DNA of 64,000 nucleotides from Firmicutes bacterium ADurb.Bin193 (GTDB lineage Bacteria; Bacillota; Clostridia; Monoglobales; Firm-18): positions 6,754 to 70,753 of the forward strand of contig MWCQ01000012.1 in NCBI GenBank assembly GCA_002070105.1. Direction: 5' to 3'. Of this stretch, positions 56,049-64,000 are shown in pieces. Under the pieces are notes generated by a model, which saw nothing but the letters and a program-made list of their open reading frames with translations, made no database searches and had not been told where the DNA came from. How positions within the stretch are numbered: the first letter of the stretch is position 1; each line of letters begins with the position of its first letter. Both the position numbers and the translations under genes were made by a program.

Positions 56049-57134
56049 CTAAATATTTATCTCCCCCGATTTTAAATACCTGCTGACCATCATTGCAACC
56101 TTAAACACAATCGCATCGTCGAATTTCCGAAGGTCAAGCCCCGTAAGCTTGTAAATCTTGTCCAGTCTGTAAACAAGAGTATTTCTGTGCACAAAAAGCT
56201 GCCTTGATGCCTCGCTGACATTAAGGTTATTTTCAAAGAATTTTTGAATTGTGACGATTGTTTCGTTATCCAAAAGCTCCAGTGAGCCTTTTTTAAAGAC
56301 TTCGGACAAAAACAGCTCACACATTTTTGTGGGAAGCTGATATATAAGACGGCCTATACCGAGGTTGTTATAGCTGATTATCGCGCGCTCGGTATCAAAA
56401 ACCTTGCCTACCTCAAGCGCTACAACCGCATCCTTATAGGAATGTCCTATCTCGCTTATGGTGCTTACGATAGAGCCTATCCCGACCTTTATATTTGTCA
56501 TAAGCTCGGCGCGAAGGGTATCGACAATGGAGTTTGCAAGCTTGTCAAGGTCCTTTATGGTAGTGCCTTCCTTAACCTCTTTTATAAGCACCACATCGGT
56601 TTCATTGATGCTTATAACAAAATCCTTGTTTTTGTCGGGGAAAAGCCCGGAAATAACCTCATGCGCGGAATATTCGTCACCGTATGTTCTTATAAGAAAG
56701 GCAACGCGGTTTACATCGGTGTTAAGATAAAGCGCCTTTGCCTTGGGATAAATATCGCTGACCATAATGTTGTCGATAAGAATATTTTTAACAAAGCTTA
56801 TTTTATCGTATTTTTCGTCATAGTAAAGCTTCAGCTGTGTCAGAGTTATGCAGATAAGTCCGACAAATCCGTGTGCGCAGTCGTCCTCACCGTCGCAGAA
56901 AACAATATAATCAAGCCTTGAGCGCCCGCCGAGCCTTCTGAATGTTTTTCCGTTTTTCGTATATATGTCGGCGGTTTCGCGGGCGATTTCCGCCGCGTCG
57001 CTCCACACGATACCGACCATTGTAACCTCGGTGCATGCCACGATATTGCCCGCATCATCCATAACGCCGGCTTTTCTTCCGCCCAGTGCGGACTGCATTT
57101 GATGTATGACCGTCTGGAACAATCTGACTGTCAT
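56049..57134 (-). CDS. PucR/CdaR-family transcriptional regulator
   Basis: C-terminal NLNVSEASRQLFVHRNTLVYRLDKIYKLTGLDL HTH. Confidence 0.7.
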   Translation of the reverse strand: MTVRLFQTVIHQMQSALGGRKAGVMDDAGNIVACTEVTMVGIVWSDAAEIARETADIYTKNGKTFRRLGGRSRLDYIVFCDGEDDCAHGFVGLICITLTQLKLYYDEKYDKISFVKNILIDNIMVSDIYPKAKALYLNTDVNRVAFLIRTYGDEYSAHEVISGLFPDKNKDFVISINETDVVLIKEVKEGTTIKDLDKLANSIVDTLRAELMTNIKVGIGSIVSTISEIGHSYKDAVVALEVGKVFDTERAIISYNNLGIGRLIYQLPTKMCELFLSEVFKKGSLELLDNETIVTIQKFFENNLNVSEASRQLFVHRNTLVYRLDKIYKLTGLDLRKFDDAIVFKVAMMVSRYLKSGEINI

Positions 57135-57260
57135 TTGATTGCCTCCTTAACTACATAAAAAAATACATATATGCCCTATATTATATATTTTAACCCCAAA
57201 ACAGAAAAAAAGCAAGAACAAATTATGATGTATTTCGCATATCCCAAGAAAAAAGCTATA

Positions 57261-58250
57261 TCAGACAGGCTTTTTTAATATCTGTGCCATGACAAGCTCC
57301 AATGCCGTCCAGGCTTCGATTTTCCCGCTTTTGATATCCTCGTCCGCCGCCGCGCAAAGCCGCATTGCCCTACGAAGCTCCGCTTCGTTTCTGCGCGCGC
57401 TGTCGGAGGCATATCTGGTTGCAAGGAATTTTCTGTTTTGAGGAAGAAAATCCGCCGCTCTTTTTATTTTTTTAAACATATAAAGCGAAGCAAAAAGCGA
57501 ATATATAAGCGAAATAACAACCGTCGGCTGTTCCTTGTTTGTTTTGAACTCCCGAAGCATTATATAAGCCTCTTTTGAGTTCTTAGCCAAAAGGCTTTGG
57601 GCGACGGCATAAATCTTAAATTCAAGTGGAACAAATACCAAATCGTCAATATGCTTTTTGGTTATAACATCGCTGTCCCCCGCCGCCGCAACAAGTTTGT
57701 CGCATTCGGGAATAAGGCGGTCAAGTGAGCGCTCGCAAAGGTTTACAAGAAGCTCGATATCCTCGTTTTTCATTCTTTTCCCCGCACCCGAGATTCTTCT
57801 GTTAACCCAGGAGCGAAGGTCGGCGGCGCTTTGCCTTTCAAACTGCGCTACAATGCCGACGGATTCGATAATCTTTAAAAGATTCTTTTTAATCTTTTTT
57901 ATATCATCCTCAACAAATACGACAACCGAAAAGTCAGGAAGCTCGCCAAGGAGCCTTTCCATTGCGCTCTGGTATTCAGAAGTGGTCAGAAATTCGGTAT
58001 TTTTAAGAATTATAAGCTTTTTCTCCGACATTTGAGGATATGTGTTAAGCTCCGAAACAAATTCCTCAAACGAGGCGTCTTTTCCCTCAAACACGCTTTT
58101 GTTAAAGTCGGAAAGAGGGCCGTCCAAAACCGCTTTTTCAATCCTTTGCAAATAGGAGGAAATAAGAAACTGTTCCTCACCCGTGAATATATAAAGGCCT
58201 TTAACGCCTTCTTTAAGCTGTTTGTTAAGCTGTGTTACCGTAAGAGCCAT
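57261..58250 (-). CDS. holA: DNA polymerase III delta subunit
   Basis: LYIFTGEEQFLI N-terminus, 329 aa, synteny comEC-holA. Confidence 0.75.
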   Translation of the reverse strand: MALTVTQLNKQLKEGVKGLYIFTGEEQFLISSYLQRIEKAVLDGPLSDFNKSVFEGKDASFEEFVSELNTYPQMSEKKLIILKNTEFLTTSEYQSAMERLLGELPDFSVVVFVEDDIKKIKKNLLKIIESVGIVAQFERQSAADLRSWVNRRISGAGKRMKNEDIELLVNLCERSLDRLIPECDKLVAAAGDSDVITKKHIDDLVFVPLEFKIYAVAQSLLAKNSKEAYIMLREFKTNKEQPTVVISLIYSLFASLYMFKKIKRAADFLPQNRKFLATRYASDSARRNEAELRRAMRLCAAADEDIKSGKIEAWTALELVMAQILKKPV

Positions 58251-58280
58251 CGGATAAAGCCTCCTTTTGCTTTGGCGGGT

Positions 58281-60557
58281 TTACCAATCCGTTTCTCTGG
58301 GGATTCGCGTGCTTTTAACTGACTTAATTCCGCTTTTGTCAATCCCGAAGCACACGGTGCCCGATTCGTATGTTTTAATCGGTATAGTCTTTGCAGTATA
58401 AAGATTTTCAATCATTTTATCAGAAATCTTTTTTCCTTTTATATAGCTGTGGGTTGAAACCGCATATTTCGAATTAAGCGCCGATATAAGGGCAGGGCTG
58501 TTGGAAGTGTCATCACCGTGCGAGCCGAGCCGTGTTATATCGCTTTTTATTACTTCTGGCGGGTGGGATTCGAGCATCAAAGCCTCTCTTTGCGGGTTAT
58601 AATCGCCGAGAAGCATAATACCGGTATTATAGCAAAACGCCTTCAAAACGGCTGATTTGTCGGCAGAAGGGTCAAACTCGACAACATCGAAATAAACCTC
58701 ACCGAATACCAACCTGCTGCCCTTTTCATACATTTCGATATTTGCGCCGTCTTTTTTTAATTCATATTCGGTATACGGAGCATCCCGCTTCGGAAGATAG
58801 ACTGTTTTAATACTCATATTCTGCACAAGGTAGGAAGCGCCATTCATATCGGTGGAATTAAGGTTGGCAACAATAAGCGCATCGATTGTTTGCACATTTT
58901 TAGTCCGTAAAAACGCAAGAGTGTTTTTGCCGTTGCCGCCGTCGACAACAATATTCATGCCCTTCGGCGTGCTTATATGGACGGCGTTTCCGCCGTTTTG
59001 GGCAATAAAGTTTACTTTAACATCGCCTGAAGAATACAGGGCGGAGAATATGCAAAAAACGAGAAATATGCTGAAAACCGTAATACCCATTGCGGTTCTT
59101 ATTTTTTTCGCATTCCCCGAAATCACCTGATAAATAATATAAAGCCCCGCAAAGGATAGAATAAGAACACCGAAGCTCGGCGAAGGCACGCTCGGCACAA
59201 GGAATTTTATCGATGCGAAAAATTTGGATATTAAAATCATAACATGGTTTATGCAGAAAATTATCGGCGCCAAAACTATTCCGAGCCATGGGACAATGCA
59301 CATCACAAGCCCTAAAATCAGCGAAATAATAATTAGCGGCGAAATAAGAATATTCGTAAACAGCGCAGCAAAGGTTACAATGTTAAAGCTGTATGCGATA
59401 AGCGGAGCGGTAAATAAAAATGCCGCAATACCCGCATCCAAAATTGTGTATTTTGTAAGCTTGCCGACGACAAGGACAATCCCCAAGGTTGCCAAAAACG
59501 AAAGCTGAAAGCTTATGCTGTGCATCATATAAGGGTTAATAAAAGCAAGCAGGGCGGAGGAAAACATAAGCGCGCAAAGCCCGTCACGCCTGAGTTTTAG
59601 ATTTTCCGCCATAAGTCCGTAAACCGCCATAACAGATGCGCGAAGTATCGGGGGTTGATCCCCCACAACAACGCAATAGGCGAAAACGGAAAGCATAAAA
59701 AGTAATGACCTTAGCTTTCGGTTTGATGCAAATCCTCCTAATGCGAGGCTTGCAAAAAGAATAAATATGCTTACATGAAGGCCCGATACCGACACGATAT
59801 GCGACATTCCGCTAAGCCTGAACGCCTCGGTAAGCTCATAGGAAAAGTCGCTCCTGTCCCCGATTAGAATTCCCTTTAACAATGCACCCTCGTCGCCGGA
59901 AAGATATTTATCGACAACCGTTTTAATATGCTCTCTTGCTCTGTCGCCGATAACAAGAAGGTCGAATACCCGCCCTCTGCCCATCGGTAATGATATACTG
60001 TAACTGCCTGTGCTCATTGATGCAAAGATTCCCTTTGATGCAAACGAGCCGCGACTGCTTAGCCCTCCCCAGAACTCCATCGGCGGATATGGGCTAAGCT
60101 GACCCCTTGCGATAATAATATCGCGGATTCTTATATCTTTTGCGGAGCCGAATAGTGTAACATTCGCCTTAATGTCGGGCTTGTATATCTTGTCGCCGTC
60201 TTTAAGCGATAGTATGTAAACTGTAACAACCGTACTATCCTCATTTTTTGAGATAGCGCGTGCCTCTCCCTCGATTGTTACATCACGGCCTGCAAGGTCA
60301 AGCGTTTTTAGCAGACTTTGACTCATTTCAAAATACCCTCTGATAAGGCCAGCCCCGAAAAACACAACCAGAATTATAGAAAACAAAAACTCGGCATTTT
60401 TGTAATTAAACCCGAAGCGAAGTATCTTATATACAAGCGCCATAATCAAGGCAATAACAAAAAAGCATAGTACCCCTTTGGCAGAATCGTCCCCAAATAT
60501 GCGCCGAGCATTAAAGCGGCGGCAAGTGGCGGCATTGGATTTTTCAACCGAAATCAC
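58281..60557 (-). CDS. comEC: DNA internalization competence protein ComEC/Rec2
   Basis: Multi-TM competence domain (MSHIVSVSGLHVSI) plus a C-terminal metallo-beta-lactamase-like domain. Confidence 0.85.
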   Translation of the reverse strand: MISVEKSNAATCRRFNARRIFGDDSAKGVLCFFVIALIMALVYKILRFGFNYKNAEFLFSIILVVFFGAGLIRGYFEMSQSLLKTLDLAGRDVTIEGEARAISKNEDSTVVTVYILSLKDGDKIYKPDIKANVTLFGSAKDIRIRDIIIARGQLSPYPPMEFWGGLSSRGSFASKGIFASMSTGSYSISLPMGRGRVFDLLVIGDRAREHIKTVVDKYLSGDEGALLKGILIGDRSDFSYELTEAFRLSGMSHIVSVSGLHVSIFILFASLALGGFASNRKLRSLLFMLSVFAYCVVVGDQPPILRASVMAVYGLMAENLKLRRDGLCALMFSSALLAFINPYMMHSISFQLSFLATLGIVLVVGKLTKYTILDAGIAAFLFTAPLIAYSFNIVTFAALFTNILISPLIIISLILGLVMCIVPWLGIVLAPIIFCINHVMILISKFFASIKFLVPSVPSPSFGVLILSFAGLYIIYQVISGNAKKIRTAMGITVFSIFLVFCIFSALYSSGDVKVNFIAQNGGNAVHISTPKGMNIVVDGGNGKNTLAFLRTKNVQTIDALIVANLNSTDMNGASYLVQNMSIKTVYLPKRDAPYTEYELKKDGANIEMYEKGSRLVFGEVYFDVVEFDPSADKSAVLKAFCYNTGIMLLGDYNPQREALMLESHPPEVIKSDITRLGSHGDDTSNSPALISALNSKYAVSTHSYIKGKKISDKMIENLYTAKTIPIKTYESGTVCFGIDKSGIKSVKSTRIPRETDW

Positions 60558-61624
60558 TCCAAAAAATCACAGATTATAGTGTTTGATATGCTTATCCCGT
60601 TTAGATTAAGATAAAAACGCCCGCCCCGTATTTCACAAAAATCGGCGTATTTTTTTATTGCCGAATAATATTTTTCGGTAAAATCATGTCCGAAAAGCGA
60701 CTTGTACTCCGAAAGGCAAATCCCGTCCGTCTTGCGAAGGCCGAGAAATATATATTCGTTTTCGGCGTCTTTTTGAGTAAGAATAGTTTTGGTTACCTTG
60801 TTATCGCTGATATATTCGGAAACATCCCTGCTGTTTTCATACCTTGCGCCGTTGTAAAATGAGTGTGCCCCCGCTCCGAATCCGCGGTATTCCTTGCGCT
60901 CCCAGTATTTAAGGTTGTGCCTGCACTCAAAGCCGTCCTTTGCAAAGTTGGATATTTCATAGTGGTTATATCCGTTCTTTTTCAAAAATTCCGCACAATA
61001 CATATACATTTCCCTGTCCTCGTCCTCCGACGGAAGGGATAATTCCATTCGCGAAAACGGGGTGGTGTCTTCTATTATAAGGCTGTAACACGAAATATGC
61101 TCGGGCTTCAGGCTTACAACCTTATAAAGCGTATCGGCCCAGCTTCTTACCGTCTGATTCGGAATTGAAAACATAAGGTCAACATTTATATTGTCAAAGC
61201 CCGCACGCCTTGCGGCTTTATATGTTGACAAAAAATCGGAATACGAGTGTATCCTGCCGAGTATTTTAAGCTCGCTGTCCTGCGCCGACTGAAGACCGAG
61301 ACTTATCCTGTTTACCCCTGCCGCTTTAAGAACGGCAAAGCCCTCAAAGTCAATGGTTGCGGGGTTTGCCTCAACCGAAAACTCACAGCCCTCTTTGAAA
61401 ACCGCGTCGACAATTTCAAGCAAAAGAGGAAGAGGAAGCGCGGTCGGAGTACCCCCGCCTAAAAATACGGTGTCGTAATCCTTCGGAAGCCCGCTTTTAA
61501 TTTCGGAAATAAGTCTTTGGGTGTAAGGCTCCATAAGCGAATCGAGGTTGTCGTATGAATTAAAATCACAATAAGCGCACTTTCTGGCGCAAAATGGTAT
61601 GTGAATATAAACCCCGCTACTCAT
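60554..61624 (-). CDS. hemW: Radical SAM heme chaperone HemW (HemN-like)
   Basis: [16 protein letters not shown] (CxxxCxxC), 356 aa, directly downstream of lepA. Confidence 0.85.
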   Translation of the reverse strand: MSSGVYIHIPFCARKCAYCDFNSYDNLDSLMEPYTQRLISEIKSGLPKDYDTVFLGGGTPTALPLPLLLEIVDAVFKEGCEFSVEANPATIDFEGFAVLKAAGVNRISLGLQSAQDSELKILGRIHSYSDFLSTYKAARRAGFDNINVDLMFSIPNQTVRSWADTLYKVVSLKPEHISCYSLIIEDTTPFSRMELSLPSEDEDREMYMYCAEFLKKNGYNHYEISNFAKDGFECRHNLKYWERKEYRGFGAGAHSFYNGARYENSRDVSEYISDNKVTKTILTQKDAENEYIFLGLRKTDGICLSEYKSLFGHDFTEKYYSAIKKYADFCEIRGGRFYLNLNGISISNTIICDFLE

Positions 61625-63425
61625 CGAGCTTTAAAACACTCATAAACGCTTCCTGCGGAATCTCAACGCTTCCTACCTGTCTCATTCGCTTTTTGCCCTC
61701 TTTCTGCTTTTCAAGAAGTTTCTTTTTACGGGTTATGTCGCCGCCGTAGCACTTTGCAAGAACATCCTTACGGAGTGCCTTAACGGTTTCCCTTGCGATT
61801 ATCTTGGTGCCGATTGCCGCCTGAATGGGAATTTCGAAAAGCTGGCGCGGAATAGAAGCTTTAAGCTTTTCGCATATCTTCCTGCCCCTTTCGTATGCCT
61901 TGTCGGTGTGTACGATAAAACTTAGCGCATCCACAACCTCTCCGTTAAGCAAAATGTCGAGCTTAACAAGCGATGACCTTTGATAGCCCGCAAGCTCATA
62001 GTCAAAAGAGGCATATCCCCTTGTATGCGATTTTAACGCATCAAAAAAGTCGTATATTATTTCGTTAAGCGGAAGCTCATAGTGAATGGACACGCGGGTT
62101 TCGTCAAGGTATTTCATATCCTTAAAGGTTCCCCTGCGCTCCTGACAAAGCTCCATAACGCTTCCCACGGTGTCGGAGGGCGTCATAATAGTGGCGGTTA
62201 CGACAGGCTCCTCCATATAGTCGATAATGTTGGGAGAGGGAAGATTTGTGGGGTTGTCGATTTGTTCAACCTCGCCGTTTGTTTTGATAACTTTATATAT
62301 AACGCTGGGTGCGGTTGTGACAAGGTCAAGGTTGTATTCGCGCTCCAAGCGCTCCTGTATTATTTCAAGGTGTAAAAGTCCCAAAAACCCGCACCTGAAG
62401 CCGAATCCCAATGCGACCGATGTCTCCGGCTCGTATGAGAGCGAGGCATCATTCAGTTTAAGCTTACCCAAGGCATCTCTAAGGTCGCCGTACTTTGCCC
62501 CGTCGGCGGGATAGATTCCGCAAAACACCATGGGGTTAACCTTTCGATAACCCGGAAGAGGCTCCTTTGCGCCATTTTCGGCGGTCGTAACGGTATCACC
62601 CACCCTTGTATCCGCAACATTTTTAATGCTTGCGGCTATAAATCCGACCTCGCCCGTCTTAAGCTCGTCCGCAGTTACCGTACCGTTCGGGCTTAAATAG
62701 CCGACCTCCACAACCTCAAAAGTCTTTCCCGTAGCCATAAATTTTATTCTGGTACCTTCCCTGACGGTTCCGCTGAAAACACGGCAGTATATAATAACGC
62801 CCTTATAACTGTCATAAAAAGAATCAAAAATAAGAGCGCGAAGCGGTGCGTTTTCTTCGCCTTTTGGGGGCGGGATTTTTTCAATAATCTTCTCTAAAAC
62901 ATCCTCAATACCAACTCCCGCCTTTGCGGAGATAAGGGGAGCGTCGTCGGCGGGTATACCGATTACATCCTCAATTTCCTGCTTGACATGGTCGGGCCGC
63001 GCGCTCGGCAGATCTATTTTGTTTATAACGGGTACAAGCTCAAGGTTGTTGTCAAGGGCAAGATAAGTGTTTGCAAGTGTCTGCGCCTCAATCCCCTGCG
63101 CCGCATCCACAACCAGAATCGCTCCCTCGCATGCGGCGAGGGAACGCGAAACCTCATAGTTAAAGTCGACATGCCCGGGCGTGTCAATAAGATTAAGAAT
63201 ATAGTCGTTTCCGTCCTTTGCGGTGTAGGAAAGACGCACCGCGCGGGCCTTTATTGTTATACCGCGCTCGCGCTCAAGGTCCATATTGTCAAGAACCTGA
63301 TTCGCCATTTCGCGTGCGGATACAACGCCGGTACGCTCCAAAAGCCTGTCGGCAAGCGTGCTTTTCCCATGGTCGATATGTGCTATAATGCAAAAATTTC
63401 TGATTTTATTCTGACCGTCTGACAT
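61617..63425 (-). CDS. lepA: Translation elongation factor 4
   Basis: [30 protein letters not shown], and the LepA C-terminal region. Confidence 0.95.
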   Translation of the reverse strand: MSDGQNKIRNFCIIAHIDHGKSTLADRLLERTGVVSAREMANQVLDNMDLERERGITIKARAVRLSYTAKDGNDYILNLIDTPGHVDFNYEVSRSLAACEGAILVVDAAQGIEAQTLANTYLALDNNLELVPVINKIDLPSARPDHVKQEIEDVIGIPADDAPLISAKAGVGIEDVLEKIIEKIPPPKGEENAPLRALIFDSFYDSYKGVIIYCRVFSGTVREGTRIKFMATGKTFEVVEVGYLSPNGTVTADELKTGEVGFIAASIKNVADTRVGDTVTTAENGAKEPLPGYRKVNPMVFCGIYPADGAKYGDLRDALGKLKLNDASLSYEPETSVALGFGFRCGFLGLLHLEIIQERLEREYNLDLVTTAPSVIYKVIKTNGEVEQIDNPTNLPSPNIIDYMEEPVVTATIMTPSDTVGSVMELCQERRGTFKDMKYLDETRVSIHYELPLNEIIYDFFDALKSHTRGYASFDYELAGYQRSSLVKLDILLNGEVVDALSFIVHTDKAYERGRKICEKLKASIPRQLFEIPIQAAIGTKIIARETVKALRKDVLAKCYGGDITRKKKLLEKQKEGKKRMRQVGSVEIPQEAFMSVLKLDE

Positions 63426-63620
63426 ATATTACCCCCGCATAAATAAAGGTATAATAATTACTTTTGATTATTATACCATAGCGGTATGCTCAATTTCAAC
63501 AAAAACTGTGTAAAGGCGCAAAATTTTGATCACATAGATTAAACAAAGTTCATATTGACAAAAGTTAATCTGAAACATATAATAAACATATCAAGTATTT
63601 TGAATATGAGGTGACATATA

Positions 63621-63935
63621 GTGAACACATGTGAAAGCAAAGCCGCAGTTTTCAAAGCACTCAGTGACGGAAAGCGCTTGCGTATTTTAGAGCTTTTGCG
63701 GGAAGGGGAAAAATGCGCCTGTATTTTAATCAAACAAATGAATATGCCCCAGCCCACCTTGTCATACCATATGAAAATTCTGTGCGAAAGCGGGATTGTA
63801 AAAAGCAGACAGCAAGGCAAATGGACGCATTATCGGATTAGCGAAAGCGGAAGCGCGTATGCATTAGAGCTTCTCAAAATTATTACGACACCGATTTCGC
63901 ATACAAAAGATAAAAAACTCTGTTATAAGGATTAA
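63621..63935 (+). CDS. ArsR/SmtB-family metalloregulator
   Basis: FKALSDGKRLRILELLREGEKCACIL...QPTLSYHMKILCESGIV. Confidence 0.8.
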   Translation: MNTCESKAAVFKALSDGKRLRILELLREGEKCACILIKQMNMPQPTLSYHMKILCESGIVKSRQQGKWTHYRISESGSAYALELLKIITTPISHTKDKKLCYKD

Positions 63936-63967
63936 AAAGATATTTTATAAAGGAAGGTATTTTTAAT

Positions 63968-64000
63968 ATGGAAATAATCAAATCGTTATGGAACTTTTTC
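63968..64000 (+). CDS. Start of an unidentified gene (partial, runs off window end)
   Basis: ATG 63968 lies about 8 nt after AAGGAAGG. Only 11 codons are visible (MEIIKSLWNFF). Confidence 0.3.
   Translation, partial: MEIIKSLWNFF

Overview
The window looks like a Firmicute (Clostridia-like) chromosome and splits into three blocks. Composition statements are by eye from sampled lines, not computed.

(A) 1-20.4 kb is a GC-richer prophage segment, entirely on the minus strand. It has an early/replication module: DUF2800 nuclease, DUF2815 ssDNA-binding protein, family-A DNA polymerase, primase-helicase, VRR-NUC and SNF2 helicase. It also has two sigma-like regulators, HNH, terS and terL. An unusual 7.5-kb cargo sits between terS and terL: MetK, a ParB-fused DPPY methylase, a C5-methylase with a very long multi-TL variable region, and an amidoligase plus gamma-glutamyl-cyclotransferase pair.

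(B) 20.4-40.8 kb is an AT-richer plus-strand defence island with three parts:
- An ABC-3C-like triad (398 aa, 74 aa, DUF2326-type ABC ATPase) plus an XRE regulator.
- A six-gene cluster that I cannot assign to any described system. It comprises a DruA-like DUF4338 domain fused to a P-loop NTPase, a 494-aa protein, a 1582-aa protein with a PD-(D/E)xK-like motif and a C-terminal FtsK/SpoIIIE motor, an SfsA-like nuclease, a C-terminally 2-TM protein and a small YunG-like protein.
- A retron with a PRTase-like protein, a wHTH protein, two tandem msr-msd-like ncRNA units showing compensatory stem changes, the RT and a 191-aa protein.

The island ends in a decayed large serine recombinase abutting an IS transposase fragment.

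(C) 41.2-64 kb is mostly core genes: glnS, lysS, greA, ctp, an M23 peptidase, ftsEX, holA, comEC, hemW, lepA and arsR. It opens with an AT-rich two-gene module (nucleotidyltransferase-aminotransferase fusion plus CDP-alcohol phosphatidyltransferase).

All functional calls come from motif recognition by eye; no database searches were run.
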